Below are positions 29,291-39,145 of a stretch of 64,000 nucleotides of DNA, in pieces. The stretch comes from a bacterium (GTDB lineage: Bacteria; Oederibacteriota; PGYV01; Palsa-1178), in contig JBAXIL010000002.1 of the NCBI GenBank assembly GCA_037138355.1, positions 23,233 through 87,232 on the forward strand, in the 5' to 3' direction. The position numbers and the translations under genes were made by a program. The number at the start of each line of letters is the position of its first letter. The stretch's first letter is position 1. A model generated the notes under the pieces. That model ran no database searches. It was not told the DNA's origin and worked only from the letters and a program-made list of their open reading frames with translations.

Positions 29291-30275
29291 CCTTTGTACT
29301 TTGTGTTTCTGCTCTTTCATATATCCCCATATTCCTAAATTTGACATATCTATCTTCGAGTAACTTATCAAGTGGTACTTTAATAAGTTGTTTTAGATTT
29401 GTTACGATTGCACTCTTTAAATTTTTTGCAGTTAGCTCATAATCTTTATGTGCTCCCTCAAGTGGCTCATCTATTATCTCGTCAATTACTTTGAGTTCAA
29501 GCAAATCTTTCGCAGTAGGTTTCAATATTTTTGCAGCATCTGATGCTTTTGTAGCATCTTTCCACAAAATAGAAGCACAACCTTCAAAAGATATTACACT
29601 ATATGTTGCATATTTTAGCATCAGTACTCTATCACCCACGCCAACACCTAAAGCTCCACCGCTTCCGCCTTCACCAATCACACTAACAATAATTGGCACT
29701 TTTAACCGAGACATTTCCATAAGATTCCTTGCAATAGCTTCGGCGACACCGCGTTCTTCACTTTCTATCCCCGGATAGGCTCCACTGGTATCAATAAAGG
29801 TTAATACTGGCAAATTAAATTTTTCAGCATACTTCATAAGTCGCAAAGCTTTTCTATATCCCTCTGCCTGAGACATGCCAAAGTTTCTTAAAAGATTTTC
29901 TTTGGTATCTTTACCTTTTTGAAGGCCTATTACCATGACAGAAATACCATCTATCTTTCCTATACCACCAACCATAGCCTTATCATCTGCAAAAGATCTA
30001 TCTCCATGGAGCTCCTGAAAATCGTCTATCATGAGTTTATAATAATCAAGTGTTTTTGGCCTTTTAGTATGTCTCATTATCTGCACTATCTGCCATGAAT
30101 TGAGGTTGAGATATATTTCTTCCCTCATTTTTTTTACTCTTTCTTCCAAAGGCTTTACTTCAGCATCGACATTTATATTTTTATCTTTTGCATGAGCCTT
30201 TAATTCCTCAATCTTTTTTTTGAGTTCAATAAGCGGTTTTTCAAACTCAAGTATCTGTATATGTTCATCAGCCAT
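29271..30275 (-). CDS. accA: Acetyl-CoA carboxylase carboxyltransferase alpha
   Basis: LEFEKP, ELHGDR, GYRKALR, IDTSGAYPG, GEGGSGGAL. Confidence 0.97.
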   Translation of the reverse strand: MADEHIQILEFEKPLIELKKKIEELKAHAKDKNINVDAEVKPLEERVKKMREEIYLNLNSWQIVQIMRHTKRPKTLDYYKLMIDDFQELHGDRSFADDKAMVGGIGKIDGISVMVIGLQKGKDTKENLLRNFGMSQAEGYRKALRLMKYAEKFNLPVLTFIDTSGAYPGIESEERGVAEAIARNLMEMSRLKVPIIVSVIGEGGSGGALGVGVGDRVLMLKYATYSVISFEGCASILWKDATKASDAAKILKPTAKDLLELKVIDEIIDEPLEGAHKDYELTAKNLKSAIVTNLKQLIKVPLDKLLEDRYVKFRNMGIYERAETQSTKDESNNV

Positions 30276-30315
30276 ATAAATCTCCTTTTTACTTGCCCTA
30301 ATTCAGAGCAGTCAT

Positions 30316-30993
30316 TTAAAAATATGTTATGTATATGATTCTTAAAATCCTTGATACATCATTATTCAAGTTAAACTTTAGTCCTACATCAATCTGTATC
30401 GGGTCGAAGAAATATCCTGCAACCAAATTCACATATCTGGCGTTTGGCCTCGCCCCAAAAATTCCATCACATTCAGTTCCTAAATTAAATTCTTTTGTAA
30501 TTGCAAACTCAACGCCAGCCCCCATATCTACACCCTTCCCAAAATTCTTAAAATCATTTGCATACACAGTGCCAGTAAATTGGGCTATCACAGAACCTAA
30601 AGCCAGCTCTTTCGTTGCAGCAACATAAGCACCTTTTGTCGGGACTTCATAATAGCCAGGAGCCTCGTACCCAATCGCTATTGCTGGCATATAACCCTCG
30701 TCATCAGTAAATCTAAACTTAATTAAAAACCATGGAATTTCAAAAGAAAGATTCCCTCTCCCTACAAGATTATCCACTCTCATGGAACCACCTATAAAGA
30801 GTCGGTCAAATAAGCCAACATAAAGTCTATTTAAAATTCCACCACCAGGATAGAACTTAAAATCACCACGGATTTCACCTTTGATAAGTGAATTTGCCGT
30901 TGGAACATCAAGTATTTCTAAGTTTCTTGCCTGCACCGCAAATAATATAGCCGGTGTAATCACTAAAAACAAACACAGAATCAATTTCTTCAA
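30316..30993 (-). CDS. Exported protein, probable outer-membrane beta-barrel (YjbH-like)
   Basis: Signal peptide, LDVPTANSL motif, PAIAIGY, C-terminal YITYF; TTG start at 30993 after GGAGG. Confidence 0.55.
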   Translation of the reverse strand: MKKLILCLFLVITPAILFAVQARNLEILDVPTANSLIKGEIRGDFKFYPGGGILNRLYVGLFDRLFIGGSMRVDNLVGRGNLSFEIPWFLIKFRFTDDEGYMPAIAIGYEAPGYYEVPTKGAYVAATKELALGSVIAQFTGTVYANDFKNFGKGVDMGAGVEFAITKEFNLGTECDGIFGARPNARYVNLVAGYFFDPIQIDVGLKFNLNNDVSRILRIIYITYF

Positions 30994-31083
30994 ATTATAC
31001 CTCCGCACATTTTATTAACAACAATGCACATTATTTAATTGCTTTTATAAACCATTTCAACAAACTGAAACACTCAAAACTTC

Positions 31084-31539
31084 CTATTTATTAGTAAGAA
31101 ATTTCTGAAGCTCTTTTGTGAAAGCGTTAATATCTTTAAACTGCCTATATACTGAAGCAAACCTGACATATGCTACCTCATCAAGCTTAGCTAATTTTTC
31201 CATTAGTAATTCGCCCATAACAGTAGAAGACACTTCTTTTTCCATTCTGCTATAAAGCTGCTTTTCAATATCATCAACTAATTCATAAAGCTTTTCTACA
31301 GATATAGGTCTTTTTTCACAGGCCTTTGTTAAACCCGCAAGTATTTTATTTCTATCAAAAGCTTCCCGTCTACCATCTTTCTTTATGACCATTGGCAATG
31401 AGTGCTCTATCTGTTCGTATGTTGTGAAACGCTTTCCACATTTCAAACACTCGCGCCGCCTTCTTATAGCCTCACCGTCACGACTTTCACGAGAATCAAC
31501 TACTTTATCTTTTTTATGTCCGCAGTATGGGCACTTCAT
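31084..31539 (-). CDS. nrdR: Transcriptional repressor NrdR
   Basis: [31 protein letters not shown] cone, [10 protein letters not shown]. Confidence 0.97.
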   Translation of the reverse strand: MKCPYCGHKKDKVVDSRESRDGEAIRRRRECLKCGKRFTTYEQIEHSLPMVIKKDGRREAFDRNKILAGLTKACEKRPISVEKLYELVDDIEKQLYSRMEKEVSSTVMGELLMEKLAKLDEVAYVRFASVYRQFKDINAFTKELQKFLTNK

Positions 31540-33797
31540 CTGTTTAACCTCTTTTTTAAAGCCGCAAGAGGTATACTTGCCCTCGTGTCGGCCGGATTCA
31601 GCATTAAAACTTGCTCATAACAATTCGCAGCTTTATCAGACTTCTTCATAAGCTCATATAATCTTGCAAGATTTATCCAACCATCTATATAATCAGGTTT
31701 ACTTTTTACGACTCTCTCAAACATATCAGCACCTTTTGCTGTCATTCCTTCATTCAAATATATTATTCCAAGATTACTATATGCCGAGGTTTCAGAAATA
31801 CTATCTCTGTACCACAGTTTTCCGTTTACTGCCTGTTCATAATAAAATATTGCTTCTTTAGCGCCTTTTGGGCCTTGCAACATATAAAGATATGCTATAT
31901 ATGTATATGGCACGGCAAAATCAGGATAAATTTTGGTATAATTCAAACAAATATCATAAGCCTTGCTGTAATCTTTCATATCAATATACACATTCGCAAG
32001 ATCAAGACCAAAATATGCGTTATTAGGATCTCTTTTAATTGCCTCATTGTAAAATTTTATTGAATCCTGGAACTTAAGAGGATCAATTGTTTCACCGTAA
32101 TATTTATAAACCCTTGCCAAATTATTGAAATTATATCCATTCATAGAGTTTAAATCCATAGTATGTCCATGAAGCTGTGCTGCTTTTTTAATATAATCAA
32201 GTTTTTTCTGCAGATCATTTTCTACTCTCATAAGTTTCTCAAAAGCAATTCCATACTTAACAAAATACAATTCACAATTTGGATTCAAAGTAACAGCACC
32301 ATTATAATAAGCAACACCAATATTATCCTTGTCTGAGTTCCCTGCTATATTACCAACTTTATAATACATATCAGACATCCATTCTCTTGTAGTAACTGTA
32401 GTAGCGGCCAAAAGTCCAGCAATAACAGCAGTATAAAATAAAATACTGATGCCACGATTTGTAAATCCGCTAATATCTATAGCATAATATTTTTTGGAAG
32501 CAGGTTGAAGCACAATAATCAAACCCAAGCCAATCCAAAAGAACATACCATAAGCCACTACTGTATAATTAAATAATCCCTGTACAAGAAATCCAATAAT
32601 TCCTAAAAATACAGCAAAAATAAGATAACGCCTTATGGTATCTTTTTCTCCAAAAACCGAGTTAAAAGATTTCTTAAAAAATGCTACAAGTAAAAGCAGA
32701 TAGATTGACATACCAAATATCCCCTGCGTTGCCAATACCTGCAAGAATATATTATGTGTTTTTTCTGGCGTTCCATTCCATTCAAGTTGCCAATATATAG
32801 GAAATCTGTAATACGGGAACATTACCTGAAAAGTATCAAGACCTGTTCCAAATAACGGAAAGTCACGAAACATCATAAGAGCACTTTTCCATATATAAAC
32901 TCTCGGCGTTAGTGTGATTCCATTAAGAGTGAACAATCCTTTACTTCTTTGCCATAAATTTACAATAGCTTCTTGAACCTTTGGAACAAAACACATGAGC
33001 ACCATGAGAACTGCAAACATAATAAACCAAATTTTATTTCCAGAGAAAAGCCTACTATCCGATTTTTTTGAATCATAAAATGCATAAGCAATTATTATTC
33101 CTGTGGTCACAATAAAACTTAAAATACCAGCTCTTGATTTAGTAAGAAAAAGAACAATAATAGCACATAATAAAACTACTAATATAATAATTTTTTTCTT
33201 TATGTTTTTAGTAATAAAAAACATTATGAAAATCACTGGTATCATTTCCACCAAATATGCAGCAAGGAAGTTAGGATTTCCTAAAGTAGAAAAGAACCTT
33301 TCCTTGCTATATGTTTCAGGATTCCACATCACAAAATCAAATCCAAAATTTTGAGCCAGCCCATAAGCACTGATAATAAAAGTTGAAACCAGCATAGCTG
33401 TCATTAGCTTATATACAATTCCTTGTTTTTTCACATGATTGACAACAACATAATACAACATGATATAAAAACAGATTGTGATAATGCCTTCAAAATCTTC
33501 ATATACTCCAAAAATAGAAATATTGTGACTTTTCGTTACAATAGTGGTAATAAGACATACCAAAAAATATCCAATAATAGGAAAATCAAAATTTGTTTTA
33601 ATTAAAAGTATTTTTCTTTCACGAATAATCGTAAAAAGCCATGCAGCCGCGATTATCACAATGAACATCTTCATGACAAAAAGTTTATTTATTTCAAAGA
33701 CATCGTTTGTCCTTGTATAAAAAATAATAGGAACTAATATCACTATAGCTATAAGACTCAACTCTATTAGCTTGTCTACATATTTCCTAAATGTCAT
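31536..33797 (-). CDS. O-antigen ligase (Wzy_C/PglL-like) membrane protein with C-terminal TPR repeats
   Basis: [20 protein letters not shown]...[16 protein letters not shown]; multiple TM helices; TPRs at C-terminus. Confidence 0.82.
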   Translation of the reverse strand: MTFRKYVDKLIELSLIAIVILVPIIFYTRTNDVFEINKLFVMKMFIVIIAAAWLFTIIRERKILLIKTNFDFPIIGYFLVCLITTIVTKSHNISIFGVYEDFEGIITICFYIMLYYVVVNHVKKQGIVYKLMTAMLVSTFIISAYGLAQNFGFDFVMWNPETYSKERFFSTLGNPNFLAAYLVEMIPVIFIMFFITKNIKKKIIILVVLLCAIIVLFLTKSRAGILSFIVTTGIIIAYAFYDSKKSDSRLFSGNKIWFIMFAVLMVLMCFVPKVQEAIVNLWQRSKGLFTLNGITLTPRVYIWKSALMMFRDFPLFGTGLDTFQVMFPYYRFPIYWQLEWNGTPEKTHNIFLQVLATQGIFGMSIYLLLLVAFFKKSFNSVFGEKDTIRRYLIFAVFLGIIGFLVQGLFNYTVVAYGMFFWIGLGLIIVLQPASKKYYAIDISGFTNRGISILFYTAVIAGLLAATTVTTREWMSDMYYKVGNIAGNSDKDNIGVAYYNGAVTLNPNCELYFVKYGIAFEKLMRVENDLQKKLDYIKKAAQLHGHTMDLNSMNGYNFNNLARVYKYYGETIDPLKFQDSIKFYNEAIKRDPNNAYFGLDLANVYIDMKDYSKAYDICLNYTKIYPDFAVPYTYIAYLYMLQGPKGAKEAIFYYEQAVNGKLWYRDSISETSAYSNLGIIYLNEGMTAKGADMFERVVKSKPDYIDGWINLARLYELMKKSDKAANCYEQVLMLNPADTRASIPLAALKKRLNR

Positions 33798-33829
33798 TTG
33801 TTCCTCACTTTTTTATTCAAGCGAAATTA

Positions 33830-35077
33830 CTATTTATTATAAACTGGGAATTTTTTACAAAGCTTCAGGACTTTTTCTCTTACGCTTTTAATAAGCTTTT
33901 CGTCGGTAGTGTTTCTCATAACTTCATCCATCCATGTCGCTATCATAAGCATTTCCTTTTCCTTCATGCCTCTGGCCGTTATTGCAGGTGTCCCTATTCT
34001 TATACCGCTTGTGATGAAAGGGCTTTGGGTATCAAAAGGAACTCCATTTTTATTTAAGGTTATTCCTGCTTTATCTAAAGCAAGAGCTGCCTCTTTTCCT
34101 GTAATATTTTTTGACCTTAAATCCACCAGCACCAAGTGGCAATCTGTTCCATCGGTTAAGACCTTATAACCTTTTTTCATAAGTTCTGCTGCAATCAACT
34201 TAGCATTTTTAATAACTTGTTCCTGATATAACTTAAATTCAGGTTTTAAAGCCTCTCCAAAACATATCGCTTTTGCCGCAATGACATGCATTAAAGGACC
34301 ACCCTGCATTCCTGGAAAGACGGCTGAATTAATGACTTTTGCATGTTTTTCTTTGCAAAGAATAAGACCGCCTCTTGGACCTTTTAAGGTCTTATGAGTT
34401 GTAGTTGTTACAAAATCACAGTATGGTACAGGATCCGGAAAAAGTTTAGTAGCAACCAAACCAGCATAGTGGGCAATATCTGCAAGCAAAAGTGCTCCTA
34501 CAGAATCTGCTATTTCACGGAACTTCTTAAAATCAATCTGCCTCGGATACGCACTCGCACCTGCAACTATTATTTTTGGTTTTACTTCTTTTGCAATATT
34601 CGCAATCTCATCATAATCAAGAAGATATGTATCTTTGTTGACGCCATAAGAATGTGATTTATAAAGTTTTCCTGAAGAAGAAGCTGCTGCGCCATGGGTC
34701 AAATGGCCACCTGCTGCAAGATTCATACCCAGTATGGAATCTCCAGGTGAAAGTACTGCAAGATATACAGACTGATTTGTCTGTGAACCAGAATTAGGTT
34801 GAACATTAGCATGTTCCGCTCCGAAAAGTTGCTTAGCTCTGTCTATGGCAAGCTGCTCTATTTTGTCAGACCACTCTACACCCTGATAAAATCTTTTTCC
34901 AGGATATCCTTCAGCATACTTATTAGTAAACACCGAACCCTGCGCTTGCAGTATGGCTTCATCTGCATAATTTTCTGATGCTATCATTAAAAGAGTTTCC
35001 TTATTTCTTTTTACTTCTTGTTTTATAATATACGCAACTTCTTTATCTACTTTCTCTATATACTTCGTAAAGTCCAT
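33830..35077 (-). CDS. glyA: Serine hydroxymethyltransferase
   Basis: [43 protein letters not shown]. Confidence 0.98.
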   Translation of the reverse strand: MDFTKYIEKVDKEVAYIIKQEVKRNKETLLMIASENYADEAILQAQGSVFTNKYAEGYPGKRFYQGVEWSDKIEQLAIDRAKQLFGAEHANVQPNSGSQTNQSVYLAVLSPGDSILGMNLAAGGHLTHGAAASSSGKLYKSHSYGVNKDTYLLDYDEIANIAKEVKPKIIVAGASAYPRQIDFKKFREIADSVGALLLADIAHYAGLVATKLFPDPVPYCDFVTTTTHKTLKGPRGGLILCKEKHAKVINSAVFPGMQGGPLMHVIAAKAICFGEALKPEFKLYQEQVIKNAKLIAAELMKKGYKVLTDGTDCHLVLVDLRSKNITGKEAALALDKAGITLNKNGVPFDTQSPFITSGIRIGTPAITARGMKEKEMLMIATWMDEVMRNTTDEKLIKSVREKVLKLCKKFPVYNK

Positions 35078-35112
35078 TTGTATCCTCCATTTATTTTAAA
35101 TATAATTATTTT

Positions 35113-35559
35113 TTATAATAATTTGCTTTCTATAGTTTTTATTTTATTAAACCTTTTCTCATGTCTTCCAGCTTCAAAGATTGTATTTAACCAAACCTTT
35201 ACAATCTCAGTTCCAAGAGTTTTTCCAATAAGTCTTCCAGGAAGAACAAGCACATTTGAATTATTATGTTTGATTGACATTTCAGCAGAATAAGTATTAT
35301 CCACTAAAGCCGCATATATACCTTTTATTTTATTTGCTGCAATTGACATTCCTATCCCTGTACCACAAATAAGTATTCCGCGTTCATACTTACCAGAAGT
35401 TATTGCCTCTCCTACTTTTTCAGCATAGTCAGGATAATCAACAGACTCTTCATTATATGGCCCGAAATCCTTGTATTCCACCTTCTGTACACTTAAGAAC
35501 TTCTTAAGCTCTTCTTTTAATTCAAAACCCGCGTGATCGCTTGCCATTGCTATTTTCAT
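35113..35559 (-). CDS. rpiB: Ribose 5-phosphate isomerase B
   Basis: SDHAGF.LK, VDYPD, CGTGIGMSIAANK, HNNSNVL, GRH..R. Confidence 0.95.
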   Translation of the reverse strand: MKIAMASDHAGFELKEELKKFLSVQKVEYKDFGPYNEESVDYPDYAEKVGEAITSGKYERGILICGTGIGMSIAANKIKGIYAALVDNTYSAEMSIKHNNSNVLVLPGRLIGKTLGTEIVKVWLNTIFEAGRHEKRFNKIKTIESKLL

Positions 35560-35627
35560 TTTGGCTCCTGTTTATAGCGGGATCTCCGCCTTAATAATAA
35601 TATATGTCTTCAAAAAAATATTCATTA

Positions 35628-36287
35628 CTATGGTTTTTTTATTTTATCTGTCGGCTCTAAACTCTTCGTTTGTGTAGGTGCAATTATCGTATTTTGATTT
35701 TTGTCATTTAGAAGAAAATCATGCGTGGAATTATATTCTGCAACAGCACTTTTTGTGAATATCATATCCCATAACCACGAGGTCGCAAACATAGTAAGAC
35801 CTGTAAAAAATACAACTTTTGATACCGTTGTGCTTTGGTCAGATTGAACTGGGGTTAAGACCTCATTCACACTCACCGCCATTATAATGACTGAAACTAT
35901 TTCAGCACTCAGTAGAGACATACCCACACCCTGATTTTTTGCATAAAAATGACCCGACCCATGTATGACCAAACCAGGAAAAACAGCATTCCAAAAAGCT
36001 TTATCCTCAGAAATTGGCGAAATAAGTGTAGTAACCTCTGTGTCCTCTTTATTTATATAAGTATCTTCAAGCCAGCTCGAAGCAGTGGTAGTATGTTTGA
36101 CAAACCGCACTTCTCTCCATGGAATATTAACTATCTTATTATTTTCAAGCTTAACAACCAAAAAGTAGCTATCAAAACTTTTTACTTCTACCGAAAATTG
36201 TTGATCGTCCTTTAAGGTTACCATGTCTGCGTATACACAAGGTGATAAAACAACGAGAGCCAAAAGCAGTGCAGCAATTTTTGTCAT
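35628..36287 (-). CDS. Hypothetical exported/membrane protein
   Basis: Signal peptide, small beta domain (DMVTLKD..IPWREV), then PG...GSGHFY and hydrophobic helices; GAGGAG RBS. Confidence 0.6.
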   Translation of the reverse strand: MTKIAALLLALVVLSPCVYADMVTLKDDQQFSVEVKSFDSYFLVVKLENNKIVNIPWREVRFVKHTTTASSWLEDTYINKEDTEVTTLISPISEDKAFWNAVFPGLVIHGSGHFYAKNQGVGMSLLSAEIVSVIIMAVSVNEVLTPVQSDQSTTVSKVVFFTGLTMFATSWLWDMIFTKSAVAEYNSTHDFLLNDKNQNTIIAPTQTKSLEPTDKIKKP

Positions 36288-36471
36288 TTTTTCTCCTCAA
36301 TATGGGCAACATAACTATCTTTCAATGCCACTTTTTTATTAACAAAACTTACCAGTTATTTGAATTACAAGAGCCTATTCCTATAAACATAACAATATAA
36401 TTGCCACAGATTGGCACTTAAACTCTATTTTCTATCTTTTTAAAATAAGCATAAGTTTGAATTATGGCTTG

Positions 36472-36500
36472 ATTATATAGGAATTTTAGCAAAAGGTCAA
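36472..36500 (-). promoter_or_regulatory. Putative sigma70 promoter of hypothetical-rpiB-glyA unit
   Basis: TTGACC-17 bp-TATAAT. Confidence 0.6.
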
Positions 36501-36667
36501 GTATGGGTTTTATTAGGAAAAATCAAATCAAATATTACAAAACACTGATAAACGACAACAAATACAGTGTTTTTCATACATACCAACACCAGTTTCAAAT
36601 ATAAAAAATCTTAAAACGAAGCTTTTTTACAGTATTCTAATAAATATAAAAGCCATAAATTTTGATA

Positions 36668-36940
36668 TTACTTAAGCTGAGGGACTATCGTCAGTATTAT
36701 GGCGCTTTTTCTCTCACCCTCAAGTTCAATATGCGTAAAAGATGGTCTAATTAGCAGATCTAAACCTTCAGGTCCTATATAATCTCTGGCTATGGCAATC
36801 GCCTTTATCGCCTGATTGACAGCCGTAGGACCCATTACAATAACTTCTACATCTTTTTTTTCCCGCACATTATTAACTATAGAACCAGCAACCGATTTAG
36901 GATTACTTGTCGCTGCAACTTTCAAACTAATTATCTCCAT
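36668..36940 (-). CDS. spoVS: Stage V sporulation protein S family protein
   Basis: LKVA..SNP.SVAG.I, G..AVNQAIKAIAIAR, P.F..I...GE..SAI. Confidence 0.88.
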   Translation of the reverse strand: MEIISLKVAATSNPKSVAGSIVNNVREKKDVEVIVMGPTAVNQAIKAIAIARDYIGPEGLDLLIRPSFTHIELEGERKSAIILTIVPQLK

Positions 36941-36941
36941 T

Positions 36942-37784
36942 TTATAACTCCTTTTTCATTTTAAGAGAAATTTTATAAACTTCGTTTCTTCCCACATTTA
37001 ATTCCTGCGAAGCAGTTTTTACTGCCTCACTTAACGGATTGCCTTCAACTATCAATTCTCTCAACCTTTGTTCTATAATTTCTTCTTTGGGTTTTTCATC
37101 TTCAGGAGCTGGACCTATAACTATGATAAACTCTCCTTTTTCCATATCAACAGTTAATTGTTTGGAAACCTCCAATGGGTTTCCTCTTAATACAGTTTCA
37201 TAAATTTTAGTCAATTCCTTTGCCACTGCTATCAACCTTTGTGGCATAACTTCAGCAATCATTGCCAGCGTATCTTGAGTACGATTAGGTGACTCAAAAA
37301 TAATGACTGGATATTTGATAGCACTTATTTCCATAAGGGCATCTTTCTTACTTTTACCAGTTTTTTCAAGGAACCCATAGAAAAGGAATCTTGAAGGATC
37401 AAAACCAGAAAGAATAACCGCTGACAATAAAGACGAAGGACCAGGAATGGTTTCCACATTTATTCCAGCATTTATCGCTGCCTTTACAACTGTATAACCT
37501 GGATCCGACATTAGAGGAGTCCCTGCATCTGATACTAAAGAAACAGAAGAACCGTTTTTTAATAGTTCTATAATTTCAACTTCTCTTTCTTTTTCATTAT
37601 ATTTATGATATGAGATAAGTTTAGAAGTTATGGAATAGTGATGAAAAAGTTTTTGCGTTACTCTGGTGTCTTCTGCGATTACATAAGGAGTTGTTTTGAG
37701 AGTTTCAATGGCACGCAGCGTAATATCTTGCAAGTTGCCAATGGGTGTGGAAACAATGTAAAGTGTCCCTTCAGTCATATTCAT
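36942..37784 (-). CDS. rsmI: 16S rRNA (cytidine1402-2'-O)-methyltransferase
   Basis: LYIVSTPIGNL.DIT.RA, AEDTR, VSDAGTP.MSDPG, FESPNR, KELTK. Confidence 0.95.
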   Translation of the reverse strand: MNMTEGTLYIVSTPIGNLQDITLRAIETLKTTPYVIAEDTRVTQKLFHHYSITSKLISYHKYNEKEREVEIIELLKNGSSVSLVSDAGTPLMSDPGYTVVKAAINAGINVETIPGPSSLLSAVILSGFDPSRFLFYGFLEKTGKSKKDALMEISAIKYPVIIFESPNRTQDTLAMIAEVMPQRLIAVAKELTKIYETVLRGNPLEVSKQLTVDMEKGEFIIVIGPAPEDEKPKEEIIEQRLRELIVEGNPLSEAVKTASQELNVGRNEVYKISLKMKKEL

Positions 37785-37832
37785 TAAACTCCTTTTTCAA
37801 TTTGCAGGACAAAATACAAAAAAACGAAAAAG

Positions 37833-38687
37833 CTACTCGCCTTTTTGGTCAAGTATTTTCAAGAAATCCTTTGCAACTGCATCCATTGGATCTATTGCCA
37901 TAGACATATTCCACTGGTATCTGGCTTTTTTATATTGTTTATCTATGTAATAAGCGTTTCCAAGATTATTATATATCTGTGGTTTTGTAGAATCAAGTTT
38001 CACTGCCTGTTCTAAAGCAGATATAGCCTGTATATTTTTGCTAAGTTTTATGTAAGCAAATCCTAAATCATTATAAGCAAAAGCATCCGTAGGTTTTAAC
38101 TTAACCAGCGCTTCAAAAATTTTTATCGCTGCATCATTTTTTTCAGTTTCAATATATATCATTCCAAGTTTTCTATAGACAGAATCATCATTTGGATTTT
38201 TCAATATTACAAATTCCAATTCTGGGACAGCAGAAGCATTATCTTTTTCTGTAATATAAGCAAGTCCGAGTTTTTTATGGGCCTCTATGTTATTGCCGTT
38301 AATAGAGATTACTTTTTTCCAGAACTCCATAGCTTCACGGACTCTACCGCTATCACTTTCTTCAATTCCTAAAGTCATATATGCAGTTTCAAGCTTTCCT
38401 TTTAACTCTTCATAAGTAGGTCTAAGTTTTAAAGCCACTTCCCATTCAACTATTGCCTCAAGTAGCTGTCCTTTATCAAAATACACATCACCAAGAACTT
38501 TATGTACGATTGCATCCGAAGGGTTTGATGCAATTGAGGTTTGAAGCTCAACCACAGCAATATCAAGCTTTCCAGCTTCATAGGACTGTAAACCAAGCTC
38601 ATAGTGAGTAAGAGTTGATGCACAACCTGTGAAAAGCACAACAGAAAGAGTCATAAAAACATGCCTTATTTTCAAGTTAGCCTCCAT
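37833..38687 (-). CDS. TPR repeat lipoprotein
   Basis: Lipobox LFTGC followed by ~7 TPR repeats. Confidence 0.8.
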   Translation of the reverse strand: MEANLKIRHVFMTLSVVLFTGCASTLTHYELGLQSYEAGKLDIAVVELQTSIASNPSDAIVHKVLGDVYFDKGQLLEAIVEWEVALKLRPTYEELKGKLETAYMTLGIEESDSGRVREAMEFWKKVISINGNNIEAHKKLGLAYITEKDNASAVPELEFVILKNPNDDSVYRKLGMIYIETEKNDAAIKIFEALVKLKPTDAFAYNDLGFAYIKLSKNIQAISALEQAVKLDSTKPQIYNNLGNAYYIDKQYKKARYQWNMSMAIDPMDAVAKDFLKILDQKGE

Positions 38688-38815
38688 AGTTAAGTATCAA
38701 TAAGTAAAATTATAATATCATATCTCATGTATTTGTCAATAAGTTGACACAAAAAATTCACCACATATTAAAACACTATATTTCTATTAAACAAATACCA
38801 TCGCACAAAATAACC

Positions 38816-38844
38816 TTGCCAAAGCAACACTAATGTGATATATT
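38816..38844 (+). promoter_or_regulatory. Putative sigma70 promoter of rpmB
   Basis: TTGCCA-17 bp-TATATT with extended TG; AAGGAGG RBS downstream. Confidence 0.5.
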
Positions 38845-38881
38845 TCTTTCACTATTTATTATTTTAAAGGAGGCAATAACC

Positions 38882-39073
38882 ATGGCAAGAAAATGTGCAA
38901 TTTGCGATAAACAAGCAGTATCTGCTAATAATGTGTCGCATGCTAAGAACAGAACAAAAACAAGAAACAAACCAAACTTACAGACAGTCAAAATCATGTT
39001 AAAAGGCGTAAAGAAAAGAGTTTTAGTTTGTACGAGATGTTTGCGTTCAGGCAAAGCTGTTAAAGTCGCTTAA
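38882..39073 (+). CDS. rpmB: 50S ribosomal protein L28 (zinc-binding C+ type)
   Basis: MARKCAIC..NNVSHA.NRT....PNLQ..VCTRCLRSG. Confidence 0.95.
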   Translation: MARKCAICDKQAVSANNVSHAKNRTKTRNKPNLQTVKIMLKGVKKRVLVCTRCLRSGKAVKVA

Positions 39074-39083
39074 ACATTCATGT

Positions 39084-39116
39084 AAAAAAAGCCGCTTAAA
39101 AAGCGGCTTTTTTTTT
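39084..39116. terminator. Bidirectional rho-independent terminator between rpmB and rel
   Basis: A7-gccgctt-aaa-aagcggc-T9. Confidence 0.9.
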
Positions 39117-39145
39117 AATAATTACTAAACGATAGCTTGTAGGAT

